DNA of 20,000 nt from Blastocystis sp. subtype 4 (taxonomy: Eukaryota), in the NCBI RefSeq assembly GCF_000743755.1, contig NW_014569528.1, positions 52,065 through 72,064 on the forward strand, given 5' to 3'. The notes beneath the pieces were generated by a model. It searched no databases, was not told the DNA's origin, and saw nothing but the letters and a program-made list of their open reading frames with translations. Within the stretch, counting starts at the first letter, position 1; every line of letters starts with the position of its first letter. Below are positions 10,288-20,000 of this stretch, piece by piece. Both the position numbers and the translations under genes were made by a program.

Positions 10288-11029
10288 TTATGATGAAGGA
10301 GTCGAGCGAACTGTTTCCATCGCATTCTTCATTCTTCTCTCAAGAACTTCAATCCGTTTTATACTGTTTTTCATGGATACGATACTGTCCATCATCCAAC
10401 TATCATTAATCATTATAACAAATGGCCACTCGTTAAATAGACTTGCTTCTACTGCAAGTTGATGCGTTTCCTTGCAGAGTTGCTGAGATACATGGCTACA
10501 TCACATTTACAAAAAGTGAATACGATTTATACGATCTCAGTGATGTAAGATACAGTTCTGACTACGAATCAACTTCTCTAATTAACCATACATTCAGATC
10601 TGTTTGAGCCTTTGGAAATGGGGATTGTGACAGCTCTGAAAGTGGAATAAACTGACGACAATCCGATCGCTTAGTTCATAATCTACATTTGTAGCCTACA
10701 GACCTTCGTGCCATAGGATCCGTTCGTAACTTTTGATACAATGAACGGAAGTATTCATCCATGGGATGATTCTCACTCACTTCACCGGTTTTATCATTGT
10801 AGTATACAATCGCACCAGACTTCCTGTTCTGATACGGTCTCCAATGACGAGGAAGAGGAGCCTATAGGTAAATGATTTGTGATATATGTACTCGTAGTGC
10901 TTCTTTTGCAATCCATAGGTAATCTTCGTCATCAATTCCTAAGAAACGAGCTTCTTCGCGAATCTCTTCCTCTGTGGGCTCGTATTCAACGTTGTGTTCC
11001 TCTTGCAACAGCAAATAGTCACTATTCAT
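10288..11029 (-). CDS. Short (~200 aa) CEP164-like protein: N-terminal helical bundle plus WW domain and a short helical/coiled-coil tail
   Basis: ATG at 11029. Introns of 30 nt at 10862-10891, 10670-10699 and 10562-10591, plus two more downstream. The spliced N-terminus is MNSDYLLLQEEHNVEYEPTEEEIREEARFLGIDDEDYLWIAKEALRAPLPRHWRPYQNRKSGAIVYYNDKTGEVSENHPMDEYFRSLYQKLR, which matches the CEP164 N-terminal pattern (Y.P.E.EI.E.A..lGID...lW.A.E.l.APLP..W.P......YY.N...G......HP.DE.yRSL). Not present in the ORF track. Confidence 0.85.
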
Positions 11030-11336
11030 TTCTTAATGACACAATCCCGTCAATCCTGCTTCGCCCATGCAAAGATCGAGAGATGCATAATGCTTGGAGT
11101 AGATTGATATCATAGTATTTTTTGTATTCGCATTGTTTTTCCATGATCTTTTCCCAAATTATACAAACAGGAAGCCTCTCATTTGTTCTATATGTGGAAT
11201 ACATTAACACAGCATTCAATTCATATAATGAGAAATCCGAAACGCCGGCTCCGAAGATGATTGGTTGAGAGAAACCTTGTTCTCTGGTGGTCTTTCGGTT
11301 CACATTTATTCTGGAATACCAAGCATCTGTTTACAC
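11030..11336. promoter_or_regulatory. Divergent (putative bidirectional) promoter region between the CEP164-like gene and SAM synthetase
   Basis: Head-to-head ATGs at 11029 (-) and 11337 (+). Inferred from gene layout only. Confidence 0.45.
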
Positions 11337-12529
11337 ATGGAATCTTTGCCTGTTGGTCACTTTCTGTTTACGTCTGAATCGGTGAACGAAGGACATCCAG
11401 GTAGTTAAGAACTGGGGACGTAATTGTTGTAGACAAGTTGTGCGACCAGATCTCCGATGCCGTCCTTGACGCCTGCTTGGCCCAGGACCCCAATGCGAAA
11501 GTAGCCTGCGAAACCGCGGCGAAGGGGGAGATGGTGATGATCTTCGGAGAGATCACAACCACTGCCAAAGTTGAGTGGGAGAAGGTGGTGCGTGATACAA
11601 TCCGTGAAATCGGTTACGATTCCGACGCCAAAGGTCTTGACTGCGATAAGTGCAACGTTGTAATTGCAATCGAACACCAAAGCCCTGATATTGCCCAGGG
11701 AGTGCATGAGAATAAGAGACTCGAGGATATTGGTGCTGGAGATCAAGGAATTATGTTTGGTTATGCAAGCAACGAAACTGCGGAGTTGATGCCTCTTTCC
11801 CACCTGCTCGCTACTCAACTTGGCAAGCGACTCACCGATGTTCGTAAGGATGGAACTCTTAAGTGGGTTCGTCCTGATGGCAAAACCCAGGTTACAATTG
11901 AGTACAAGGAGGAACATGGCCACATGATTCCCATTCGTGTCCATACCGTGGTCATTTCCACACAGCATGATGATAATGTTACTAACGAGCAGATCCACAA
12001 GGATCTGATGGAGTACGTCATTAAGCCCATCATTCCTGCCAAACTCCTTGATGAGAAGACAATCTTCCATTTGAACCCCTCTGGTCGTTTTGTTATTGGT
12101 GGACCCAGTGGTGATGCAGGTCTCACTGGTCGTAAGATTATCGTGGATACCTATGGTGGTTGGGGTGCTCATGGAGGTGGTGCTTTCTCTGGAAAGGATT
12201 CTTCGAAGGTCGATCGTTCAGCTGCTTATGCTGCCCGTTGGATTGCAAAGTCGCTTGTGAATGCTGGAATCTGCAGTCGTTGTCTGATCCAGCTTTCCTA
12301 TGCTATTGGCGTAAATCATCCCCTTTCGATCCATGTTGATACGTATGGCACTTCTGAGAAGACTGAATCTGAAATTGTCGAGATCATTAAGAATAACTTC
12401 GATCTGCGTCCTGGATGCATCATTCGTGATCTTGGATTGAATCAACCCATCTTCAAGGCGACTGCTGCATATGGTCATTTCGGAAGAAAGGAATTCCCTT
12501 GGGAAACATGCAAGGACCTCAAGCTGTAA
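11337..12529 (+). CDS. MAT: S-adenosylmethionine synthetase (canonical MAT), 2 exons
   Basis: Exon 1 (11337-11400) encodes [22 protein letters not shown] 32 nt intron at 11401-11432 is followed by [10 protein letters not shown]. Signatures [37 protein letters not shown] and AYGHFG are present. Stop is TAA at 12527-12529. Confidence 0.98.
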
Positions 12530-12572
12530 TCTGGTTAGTTTTTTAGACCATTTTAGCAGCCTTCCCTCCTTT

Positions 12573-12580
12573 TGTTTGTT
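12573..12580 (+). terminator. TGTTTGTT polyadenylation element of MAT
   Basis: Exact motif 43 nt after the stop codon. Confidence 0.75.
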
Positions 12581-12662
12581 GAACATTCTCTTTTGCGCCA
12601 CTTAGGACCCACTTTTCGTCTTGTTTTGGTTTCTTCATTCTTACTCTTTTTGAATCGTTATA

Positions 12663-12871
12663 ATGGTGTTTGGAAACTATAATGCTTGGAGAAGCCATCC
12701 TGTGGCAAATCCAAAGCTCTATCAGGCATTTCCCGGTTTCAAATGGGCCGTTGGTATATTTGCAGTATATTGCTCCTGTGAGTGGGTGTATGTGAAATCC
12801 ATGTGTTTGATTGCTATAGATACAAGCGTTTTATCCGAAAGCCTAAAGCCATTAGTGAGCATGAAGAATAA
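12663..12871 (+). CDS. NDUFB3: NADH:ubiquinone oxidoreductase accessory subunit NDUFB3 (B12/NB2M), ~58 aa, 2 exons
   Basis: NAWRSHP...AFPGFKWAVGIFAVYCSCEW matches the B12 pattern AWR...(F/T)PG(F/L)..a...F.vY...E. A 32 nt intron at 12788-12819 gives the C-terminus VYKRFIRKPKAISEHEE, with TAA at 12869-12871. Confidence 0.82.
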
Positions 12872-12926
12872 GAACTGAAACGTGTGTGATTATAATGGAA
12901 ATGATTCTTTACTCTTTGAGACTAAT

Positions 12927-12934
12927 CACAAACA
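12927..12934 (-). terminator. Variant polyadenylation element (TGTTTGTG) of the CHD-like gene
   Basis: One mismatch to the motif, 8 nt after the TAG at 12943-12945 on the minus strand. Confidence 0.6.
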
Positions 12935-12942
12935 TATAGCAG

Positions 12943-15900
12943 CTAACTAAATGACAGTGCAGCATAAAGATCTTGATATGGAACAACAACCCAGTAGTCA
13001 TTATACCTCAGGGCTAGACGAATACGATACAGATACTCCTTTAACGTATTGAACTACATATCATGCTCTCCATAACTTTCTTACCGAGGGGATTACCTTA
13101 TAAACCTCCTTCATCATCATCCGTCTCTTCCTCTTGAACGAAGAGTCTAGATCAACAAAAAAGCCCGGAACACCCATGAACTGGCTCATCAAATGGCAGA
13201 TTACAAGATCACAGAGTGAGCATTGTTCTAAGACTTCTGTTTTTAACTTCACAAGACTCTATTCATCAATTCTATCAATAATCCAAACAGAAGACGGATC
13301 TGTTATACATGAAGGTATTAATTTGATAAGTCGTTTATAAATAGCGTATAGGCTCTCTGAAGTAGTTACTACAATGGACTCTTGACTGTTTTCATACCTT
13401 TCCAAATGTCTTCAAGGAGACTTTGCAGAGGTGTCGGTGGTTTGGGAATTGGGGAAAATTGTCGTGATTTCACTGTTACTATCACTGACGTCTATGAGTA
13501 ACATATTCCCTTCAATCCCACAAGCCGAACTACTTGTTCAGAGTTGAGCTGATGGGTTGTTGGATTCAAAGAAATCGGCCGAATGAGGTTAGACTGAAAA
13601 ACATTCAACTCCTATACTCAACAGACCTCATAACAACTACACTTTGTAAGAACTTGTGCATTGATTCACTTCTATGAGCAACCATATATGATCTGTTCAT
13701 TAAATCCTCTCAATATTCCTTACTGTAGTACATCTGATAATTGATTTATTTTACGTGCTAGAAAGAGTTGATATTCCCGTAATAGAGTCGACTTTGGAAG
13801 AAAGAACTCCATCTCCAACGACAACGGAATGATTAACCGATATAACCGTACTTGACAGGTATCTCCAATATGGAACACAGTACGAAGAAACTCCACATCA
13901 GATACTGGAGTCATATCACTCTCATACAGAATCACGTCTTGAATAAATGATAAATTGAAAGATAACCGAGCAGGGATCGAACCTAACAGAGTAATCACTT
14001 GTTTCCCTTCATTCACAGCTTGATGAAGAGAAGTGATCTTATGATTGAATTCATCCAGTGTATGAACCCCAAACATGCTGTCAATTATTCTCATTCACAA
14101 TTCCTACTCAATTGTAACGAATCCTGACTCATTATAATACCGTTGAAGATATTGAGCTAATCGAATGGATCTTACATAAATACCAACAGAATCAAAACCT
14201 TTTATCAGCATATCACAAATCAACTGTTTGGAGGAGGCATGTCGAAATGTGTCTTTCCAGGATTCTTTGGATTCTTTCAAAAGGACTGGTTCACTACAAC
14301 CAGCTAAAAATGGATGTGCATAAATTCGTATCATTTCGAACAGAATCGAAATTACTACGTCGAGATAGAGAGACTTCCCTCGAGGTTCCAACTGGAGTAA
14401 AAACAACCAACGATTATTCAATGAATCTAAACAATTGGCTTGAGTCTTTGTTAGCGGACACAATACAAAAGTTTCAGTAATGATAGAATCACATCCAAAA
14501 CGTTCTGTGAAGAAGCATGGAATAACCGTTTCAACCTGCTCACTCACAAGATCTTGGATCGAAGCGATTCCAGTTAATCTCTTGTAATACTCACGTAGTA
14601 TGGGTAAATTGGATTTGGCTTTATTGAATACTGAAGGGATATGAATGGTATTTGACACAGTCATCATACACTCAACAAAAAGAGAAGGGATTTTTTCGGG
14701 AATATCTTTTACTCTCCATGTTATAATCACTTGATCAGGACTATGATTCAGTCTTTATTTGGATTCTTACTTAATAGTCATTATATTGTTTATTATCTCA
14801 CGAGAATCACGAGATAAACTCCATTTCTCTGTTTCCTTATTATAATCACTATTCTCAACTCTCTGTTCCATTGCCATACTTATTTAAATCACTTATGATC
14901 ACTAATCCAACTTCCACATTCGAAAGATAACTCATTTCACAACTCAATCGTTGTCGCATAGCTGATACTGAGATAATAAACACATTGAACTCTCCAACGA
15001 TCATTGCTCTGCTTGGTCCCAAATATGAACTCCATTGAGTACGTCGAATACTTCCACTTTCTTATGATAAATCTTATCCCATACTTCATACCACTCATTA
15101 CGGTCACCTTTAACTGTGTGTATGTATGAAACACTTCTTCCCATTCTTCTTTGGACTGAATTGAACACATCACAATAATGGGACCTCGGATACGATTTGC
15201 TGCATACAAATGATGTGTAGCACAAGCAGTCACAATCTTTTCACCTGACAAATAGTTGTGAACAATATGAGCAATATTATACTTCTCAACTGAACACACT
15301 ACTTCATGGATTCGTTTCCTCTAATCATTATCTTTCATTAAAGTATCAACCAAATATGTGTCTGGTTCTGCATTCAATTGACAATGAAGTTCATCACCCA
15401 AATACTGAAAACAGTTGATTGCAGCCAGATCCAAACAGTCATGGATTGGTACTAGAATAGTAATCACAGATAATTCGTACATTTATGCTTTGCTAATGCA
15501 ATGAGTCGCTCATTCTGAGTATCTTCTCGATTTTGACGACGAATCATTTCGATTCCAGCAGGAAATACTGCTAATTCTTCTCCTCTTAGTAATTGGCAGG
15601 TACAAGAACCAAACCACACACCAAATTGTTGACAGTTCAGTTTCTGATCAAAATTACGAGGATATCGTTTACAGGCTTGACAATACCATTCACCCTGATT
15701 ATGATAAGCAAACTAATCTCAATACACTAGGTAGAGAAGTGATTGGAGGATGAACACAAGACCAATGATATGCACAATCACATTTATCACAAATAATAAG
15801 TTTAGCTAATTCTTTATTTCTATGACATACCACACATTCCTCACATGTATCATAAGTGCATACAACACTTAAATCTGGCTTCAACATGGGAGTGTAACTT

Positions 15901-17666
15901 TGATAATAGAATTGTTCCTACACTCAACTTTCTAAGATCATTTTTACTTCAGCCACATTTAATACATAGTTCCATAAGCGTGAGAAGAGACACTGACATT
16001 GGAAATATTCATCCAGGATTCTCGACCCTCTCCGTCGAATGCAACTCTGTAATATCCACTGTGCCGAAGTCGGAGGATCATCATCCCAATTTACAAGGAC
16101 TTCAATCATATGATTCACTCCATAACGTCGTTGGATCACCTTCGATATATTCGTAACTCTGGAACTGGGATCCGTAATGGATCGAAATGACAACTACAGT
16201 GAATACGATTACCAATTCAAACCACTTGAGGAAGTGAGTGATGAGTCTCATCTTTTAGAGACTTATACATTCGAATTCCTTGATTCACCTCAAGTACACT
16301 ATTGTTTGTTAGTGTATGAAGTTCGGAATCATCCTCAATAAGACGAATACGATATGCACCCAACTGCAAAGGAAATATATTTTGATAATGTTTTACCATA
16401 TGCTGGTTTGTTGATACAATGAATTCAACAACATACATACATTTCCAACTATTGTTCAGTGAATTACTCGTATTATACCTCTTCGTCTCACTCCAATAAA
16501 CCTCAATACTTTTATTGACTAAACAAGATCCACAAATCCACCATCTTTGCTTCTCTTCCAATTCATATCTTGTTCCTTTACCCATGAGAAAGAATTGTCC
16601 CCAAATACACCTTGAATGAAATTGTTTTTTACATTCTTCACAAGAATAGGTTACAGATGGATTCAAAGAAACAGGCAAATTGCATACTTCACAAAGTGCC
16701 TAGATGTGAATCCGACCGTTCAAACGAACAGTATTGGAAGGGTTTTCATATAACAAATCTATAGCAACGGATCGGGTTGAGGGACGATGTCTCTTTTCAG
16801 TCATTATTGGTTGAGATGTCACACCCATATACGACTTGTTGACAACTTCATCAGGACGTACTGAAGGGACCAATGACACATTATCATCGTCATCGGATGG
16901 ACTTGCCACATCAACCTTCTCCCTTAATGGACTTTGTTCATTTTTTTCCTCTATGGAACTACTAAGTTCTTCAATGGCTCCATTTTCTTCCACGGGACTA
17001 CATAAGTCTTCGGGTGTTTCATTGAATTCCAGAGAGCGAAATGTTTTGGGAGTTTCATTCTTCTCTATGGAACCAATAAAACCTCTAGGAGTATCCTTCT
17101 CCTTTATTGAGTGGTCTGGCTCCTTACGAGCCCCATTTGGGCATGTTTCCACATCCAACGTATTCTCCAACTTATGAACTGACAACAATTTGTCATCTTC
17201 CAAAAGATGACAAATTAGAGTATTCATTTTTACTGCTTCCATATAACAATTTGCACTCTCTCCAGTTCGCATGGGGGCAAAATAACCTAGTAATTCCTCA
17301 TCCTAATCTTTATGGATAAAAAATGAATGGACAGAAAACAAAACCAGACGAACGACCTCCAAAGGGATTTGTTTTAATTCACACTGTCCCTCATTATTTA
17401 GGAAAAATACTTGAGAAAGAATTGATCCTATGAGTTGCCCCAACATCACTCTTCATACCATTTTCATGACTACATGAACTCCTCCATTTCTTAACCTTTA
17501 AATTAACAAGAAAGAAAAAACATACTATTACAAAGTATGAAGAGGTATTATCAGATGATATGACACTGCAACAGTTAGAGAAAATAACAATGATCACTTA
17601 CCTAGCAAACGAACATTTCTCCTTCTTCTCCAAAAACAACTGGATACTTTGTAATAATCTCTCCAT
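12943..17666 (-). CDS. Multi-exon CHD-like chromatin protein: PHD, Tudor-like segment, chromodomain, PHD, degenerate SNF2 ATPase and helicase-C lobes (5' end uncertain)
   Basis: PHD1: CEVCNLP...CEECKKQFHSRC...WWICGSC. Tudor-like: NKSIEVYWSE. Chromo-like: ISKVIQRR...EVLVNWDDDPPTSAQWI. PHD2: CVVCHRNKELAKLIICDKCDCAYHWSCVHPPITSLPS..WYCQAC. SNF2-like: RGPIIVMCS...EEWEEVF, ETFVLCPLTKTQ, IYAHPFL, SSKQLICDML, DVILYESDMTP...HIG...VRLYRLI. The last exon ends ...AALSFS with TAG at 12943-12945. Confidence 0.75.
16930..17115 (-). repeat. Degenerate 12-13 aa (36-39 nt) coding tandem repeat, ~5 copies, within the CHD-like gene
   Basis: HSIKEKDTPRGFI / GSIEKNETPKTF / RSLEFNETPEDLC / SPVEENGAIEELS / SSIEEKNEQSP. 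Confidence 0.55.
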
Positions 17667-18020
17667 TCAATTGTTTCTGCAGTCAGAAGAAATGATTTGT
17701 TGAATCAGACGCGATAACGGGACTTGAAACCATTTCTCGGGAAAGCACAATGATATTTGGCTCAATTCCCGTGCTGCAAACACTGCAGAATATGATATTA
17801 TCGATTAACTGAATAATGACCTCTAAAAGTAACAAGGCGGTCAAGCAGTTAGATTATATGTGTAGCAGAGTACTTTTTTTAAGACAAGCTTGCATTCTAT
17901 GAAACATGAAGTGCTATTGATTTCACCAAACATGCATTCGTTTCAATACTAATCACTAAATTTGGAAACTACATATTGTGTGTATAACAAATACGTCCTT
18001 AATAAGATGCTCACTCCATC

Positions 18021-18697
18021 CTAATGGCCTGAAAACACGCCATGAAGAACCTAATAAGTGATTATCCATATCCATCACCATACAACAATAAATACAGCCA
18101 AAATTGACACCAAAATCCCTCCATAACGCTCAAAGAATGATCTTGTTATGTGCCTTTCTATTCGTTTTCCCGAAAACACTCTCTTGATCGGAGATCCTTC
18201 TTTATCTATAGAAAGAATGATGCTCTTCTCTTCTGCAAGCGTCACATCTATATGATATGTATCGAATGAGAACACCGTTGACTAGATAGTATTCACATCT
18301 TAACTACTACAGCAGTTTCCTCATTGGGAAATGATACACGGAGTGAGATAGGTTCGGTTCTTCCTGGAAACACTGCCTTGAGTTTTGTACTAAGTATTCC
18401 AGCTCCAATCTCATACAAATCGAAGAGATGTTTTGTAACTTCACCAGTTGTCACATCCACTTCCGATACTGTCATACCCCTCAACGCATTATTGTAGGTG
18501 GCATTTATTTGGTGGTATTGTGGCTCTGAAGACTCTTTTCCATCCAGTACATTAATTGTATACTCTGCAAAGATCCAACTGCCATTCAGCGCCTTAAACA
18601 CCTTTTCCTTCTCTGGTTCTTTGTATTCCATCCCTAATACATCCGATAGTATTATCAGAAGCAATAGACAAGCCCAAGGCCTCATGAGAGTTATCAT
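18021..18697 (-). CDS. Uncharacterised type I membrane protein (signal peptide, lumenal beta-rich domain, C-terminal TM helix), 3 exons
   Basis: Signal peptide MRPWACLLLLIILSDVLG (start at 18697 or 18685). Introns at 18282-18310 and 18051-18083 keep the frame. C-terminus is RSFFERYGGILVSILAVFIVVLHGVFSGH, with TAG at 18021-18023. A TATTTGTT motif follows at 17986-17993 (minus). Confidence 0.7.
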
Positions 18698-18758
18698 GAT
18701 CTACTTGTATTAAAAAACAACTCCAATGATCATTATTATACGTAAACGAAACATAACC

Positions 18759-20000
18759 TCACTGATCCATAAGCATCACAGGGGTTCTGTCAGCAATAGG
18801 AGAAGCAGCAGCAGCCACAGCATCCGTGACTTGAGAGAACTTATCCTTCTTCAGGAACAGACGAAGTTCATCAGCACGAACCATCGAAGCCAGGTCATTC
18901 ACCATCTCTGATACCTCTGACTTGGTAGCTTTCTCCAACCATGCATTCATATTGAATCCCTTCAGACACAGATTGTTGTTCATCAAATGGCTGGCTGCAA
19001 TTTGGAATGGCTCATAGCTTGACTCGTTGTAGGTTACAATCGTAGCATTCCTACACTAACATTCTCTCTTCTTCCCTACTTCATCAATCTGCATGTATCA
19101 GTCATCACATCACCTCCACGACCATTCAAACCAAGCTTAGGAGCAGGGAGATCACTCATAATCTTCTTGAAGTCCTATTCATCACATCTCTCCTGAACAC
19201 ACACCACTCCATGGATCTGACTCTCACGCACAATCACATCACCACCAATAGACTCCAAACGACGGAACATCTCCGAATACTCACCTCTATGTTCAAATAT
19301 TGCTCACTCACCTACACATCCTTCACAATGTTCACCGTCTTGATTCCACGCTTCTTACACAACTGAATCACAGCCATACCCACAGCCGAGCTAGCATCGT
19401 TCTGAATTACAAAGTCTCCTGCCTTCAATTCCGAAAAGTCAGCCAACAGTCTGTAGGCGATACCAGCACTGTTTATCAAAGCAGACACCATCTCCATGGA
19501 AACGCCCTCAGGAGCACGAATCACCTTATCCTCAGGCACTACAATCTGCTCGCTCCAAGTTCCTATCTATTACTCCATAGTTTCACTCTTACCCTGGAAA
19601 GGCTTTATCAACATCACAGTATCCTTAGGATTCACTTCAGTGACTCCCTCTCCAACCTTCTCCACAAGTCCCACTCCTTCACTTCCAGCTACAGCAGGGA
19701 ATGTGAGACCAAGAGGATTACGTCCATAAATCTAGAAATTACGATTCCACATCCTTTCGCATACAGTATCCACATCGAAGGAAGTGACAGGAGACACAAG
19801 CATGCGAATCTGAACATCCTTGTTAGAAACATCAGGAAGCGACGTCTTTTGCATTCTAAGTCATTACTGGTCTTCATACAATATCTCACCTTAACACACT
19901 AGCGGGGTTACCGTACTTCTGGAAAATGGCAGAATTGACAGTACTTGCAAAGCGGCACAAAGAGGGCTTCACAAAGGATGACTTGAAAACGGCGATAGTA
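18759..20000 (-). CDS. Mitochondrial trans-2-enoyl-CoA/ACP reductase-like protein (MECR/Etr1, MDR superfamily); start lies outside the window
   Basis: Presequence-like FKSSFVKPLLCRFAST, then KYGNPASVL, FPAVAGSEGVGLVEKVGEGV, GTWSEQIVV, AYRLLADFSELKAGDFVIQN..SSAVGMAVIQLCKKRGIKTVNIV and PKLGLNG. Joined by ~30 nt GT-AG introns (e.g. 19732-19764). Stop is TGA at 18759-18761. Confidence 0.85.

Noticed and set aside
10879..11303. ORFs 10879-11115 (+) and 11022-11303 (-)
   Set aside because: The first is antisense to CEP164-like exon 1. The second spans the divergent promoter with no recognisable protein features.
11405..12172. 255 aa antisense ORF over SAM synthetase
   Set aside because: It lies exactly opposite a highly conserved, codon-biased gene and has no recognisable motifs, so it is a typical shadow ORF.
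17667..17985. Possible ncRNA (snoRNA) in the ~320 bp gap
   Set aside because: No convincing C/D or H/ACA boxes with a terminal stem. It may instead hold further 5' exons or the promoter of the CHD-like gene.
19300..19902. 200 aa His/Ser/Leu-rich plus-strand ORF
   Set aside because: Antisense to the MECR-like exons; its composition mirrors the opposite strand.
1..20000. Alternative genetic code, stop readthrough or pseudogenes as the cause of ORF fragmentation; prokaryotic operon, defence, CRISPR or mobile-element systems
   Set aside because: Almost all internal stops and frameshifts fall inside canonical micro-introns. No direct-repeat arrays, terminal inverted repeats, or transposase/RT/integrase motifs were seen.
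11337..20000. Functional clustering of MAT, NDUFB3, the chromatin reader and the MECR-like gene
   Set aside because: Adjacency in a compact eukaryotic genome with mixed orientations gives no evidence of a co-regulated cluster.

Overview
Gene-dense eukaryotic nuclear DNA, not prokaryotic. Nearly every ORF break is explained by a 28-33 nt GT-AG intron, intergenic gaps are about 35-320 bp, and TGTTTGTT-type motifs lie just downstream of stop codons. Together these point to Blastocystis (an anaerobic stramenopile); this taxon call is an inference. Manual splicing gives nine genes: (1) a large, 5'-truncated protein with degenerate EF-hand repeats; (2) a PlsB/GPAT/DHAPAT-family acyltransferase; (3) a DEP-START-AGC kinase (minus strand); (4) a short CEP164-N/WW protein that the ORF track misses (minus); (5) S-adenosylmethionine synthetase; (6) complex I subunit NDUFB3; (7) a PHD/chromo/SNF2 CHD-like protein with degenerate ATPase motifs (minus); (8) an unknown signal-peptide/C-terminal-TM protein (minus); (9) a 5'-truncated MECR/Etr1-like reductase lacking the usual catalytic Tyr (minus). 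I found no mobile elements, CRISPR arrays or RNA genes. The most interesting points are the CEP164-like gene in an apparently flagellum-less lineage, the DEP-START-kinase architecture, a candidate AT-AG U12 intron and two probable pseudoenzymes. All domain calls come from motif recognition by eye, not from database searches.
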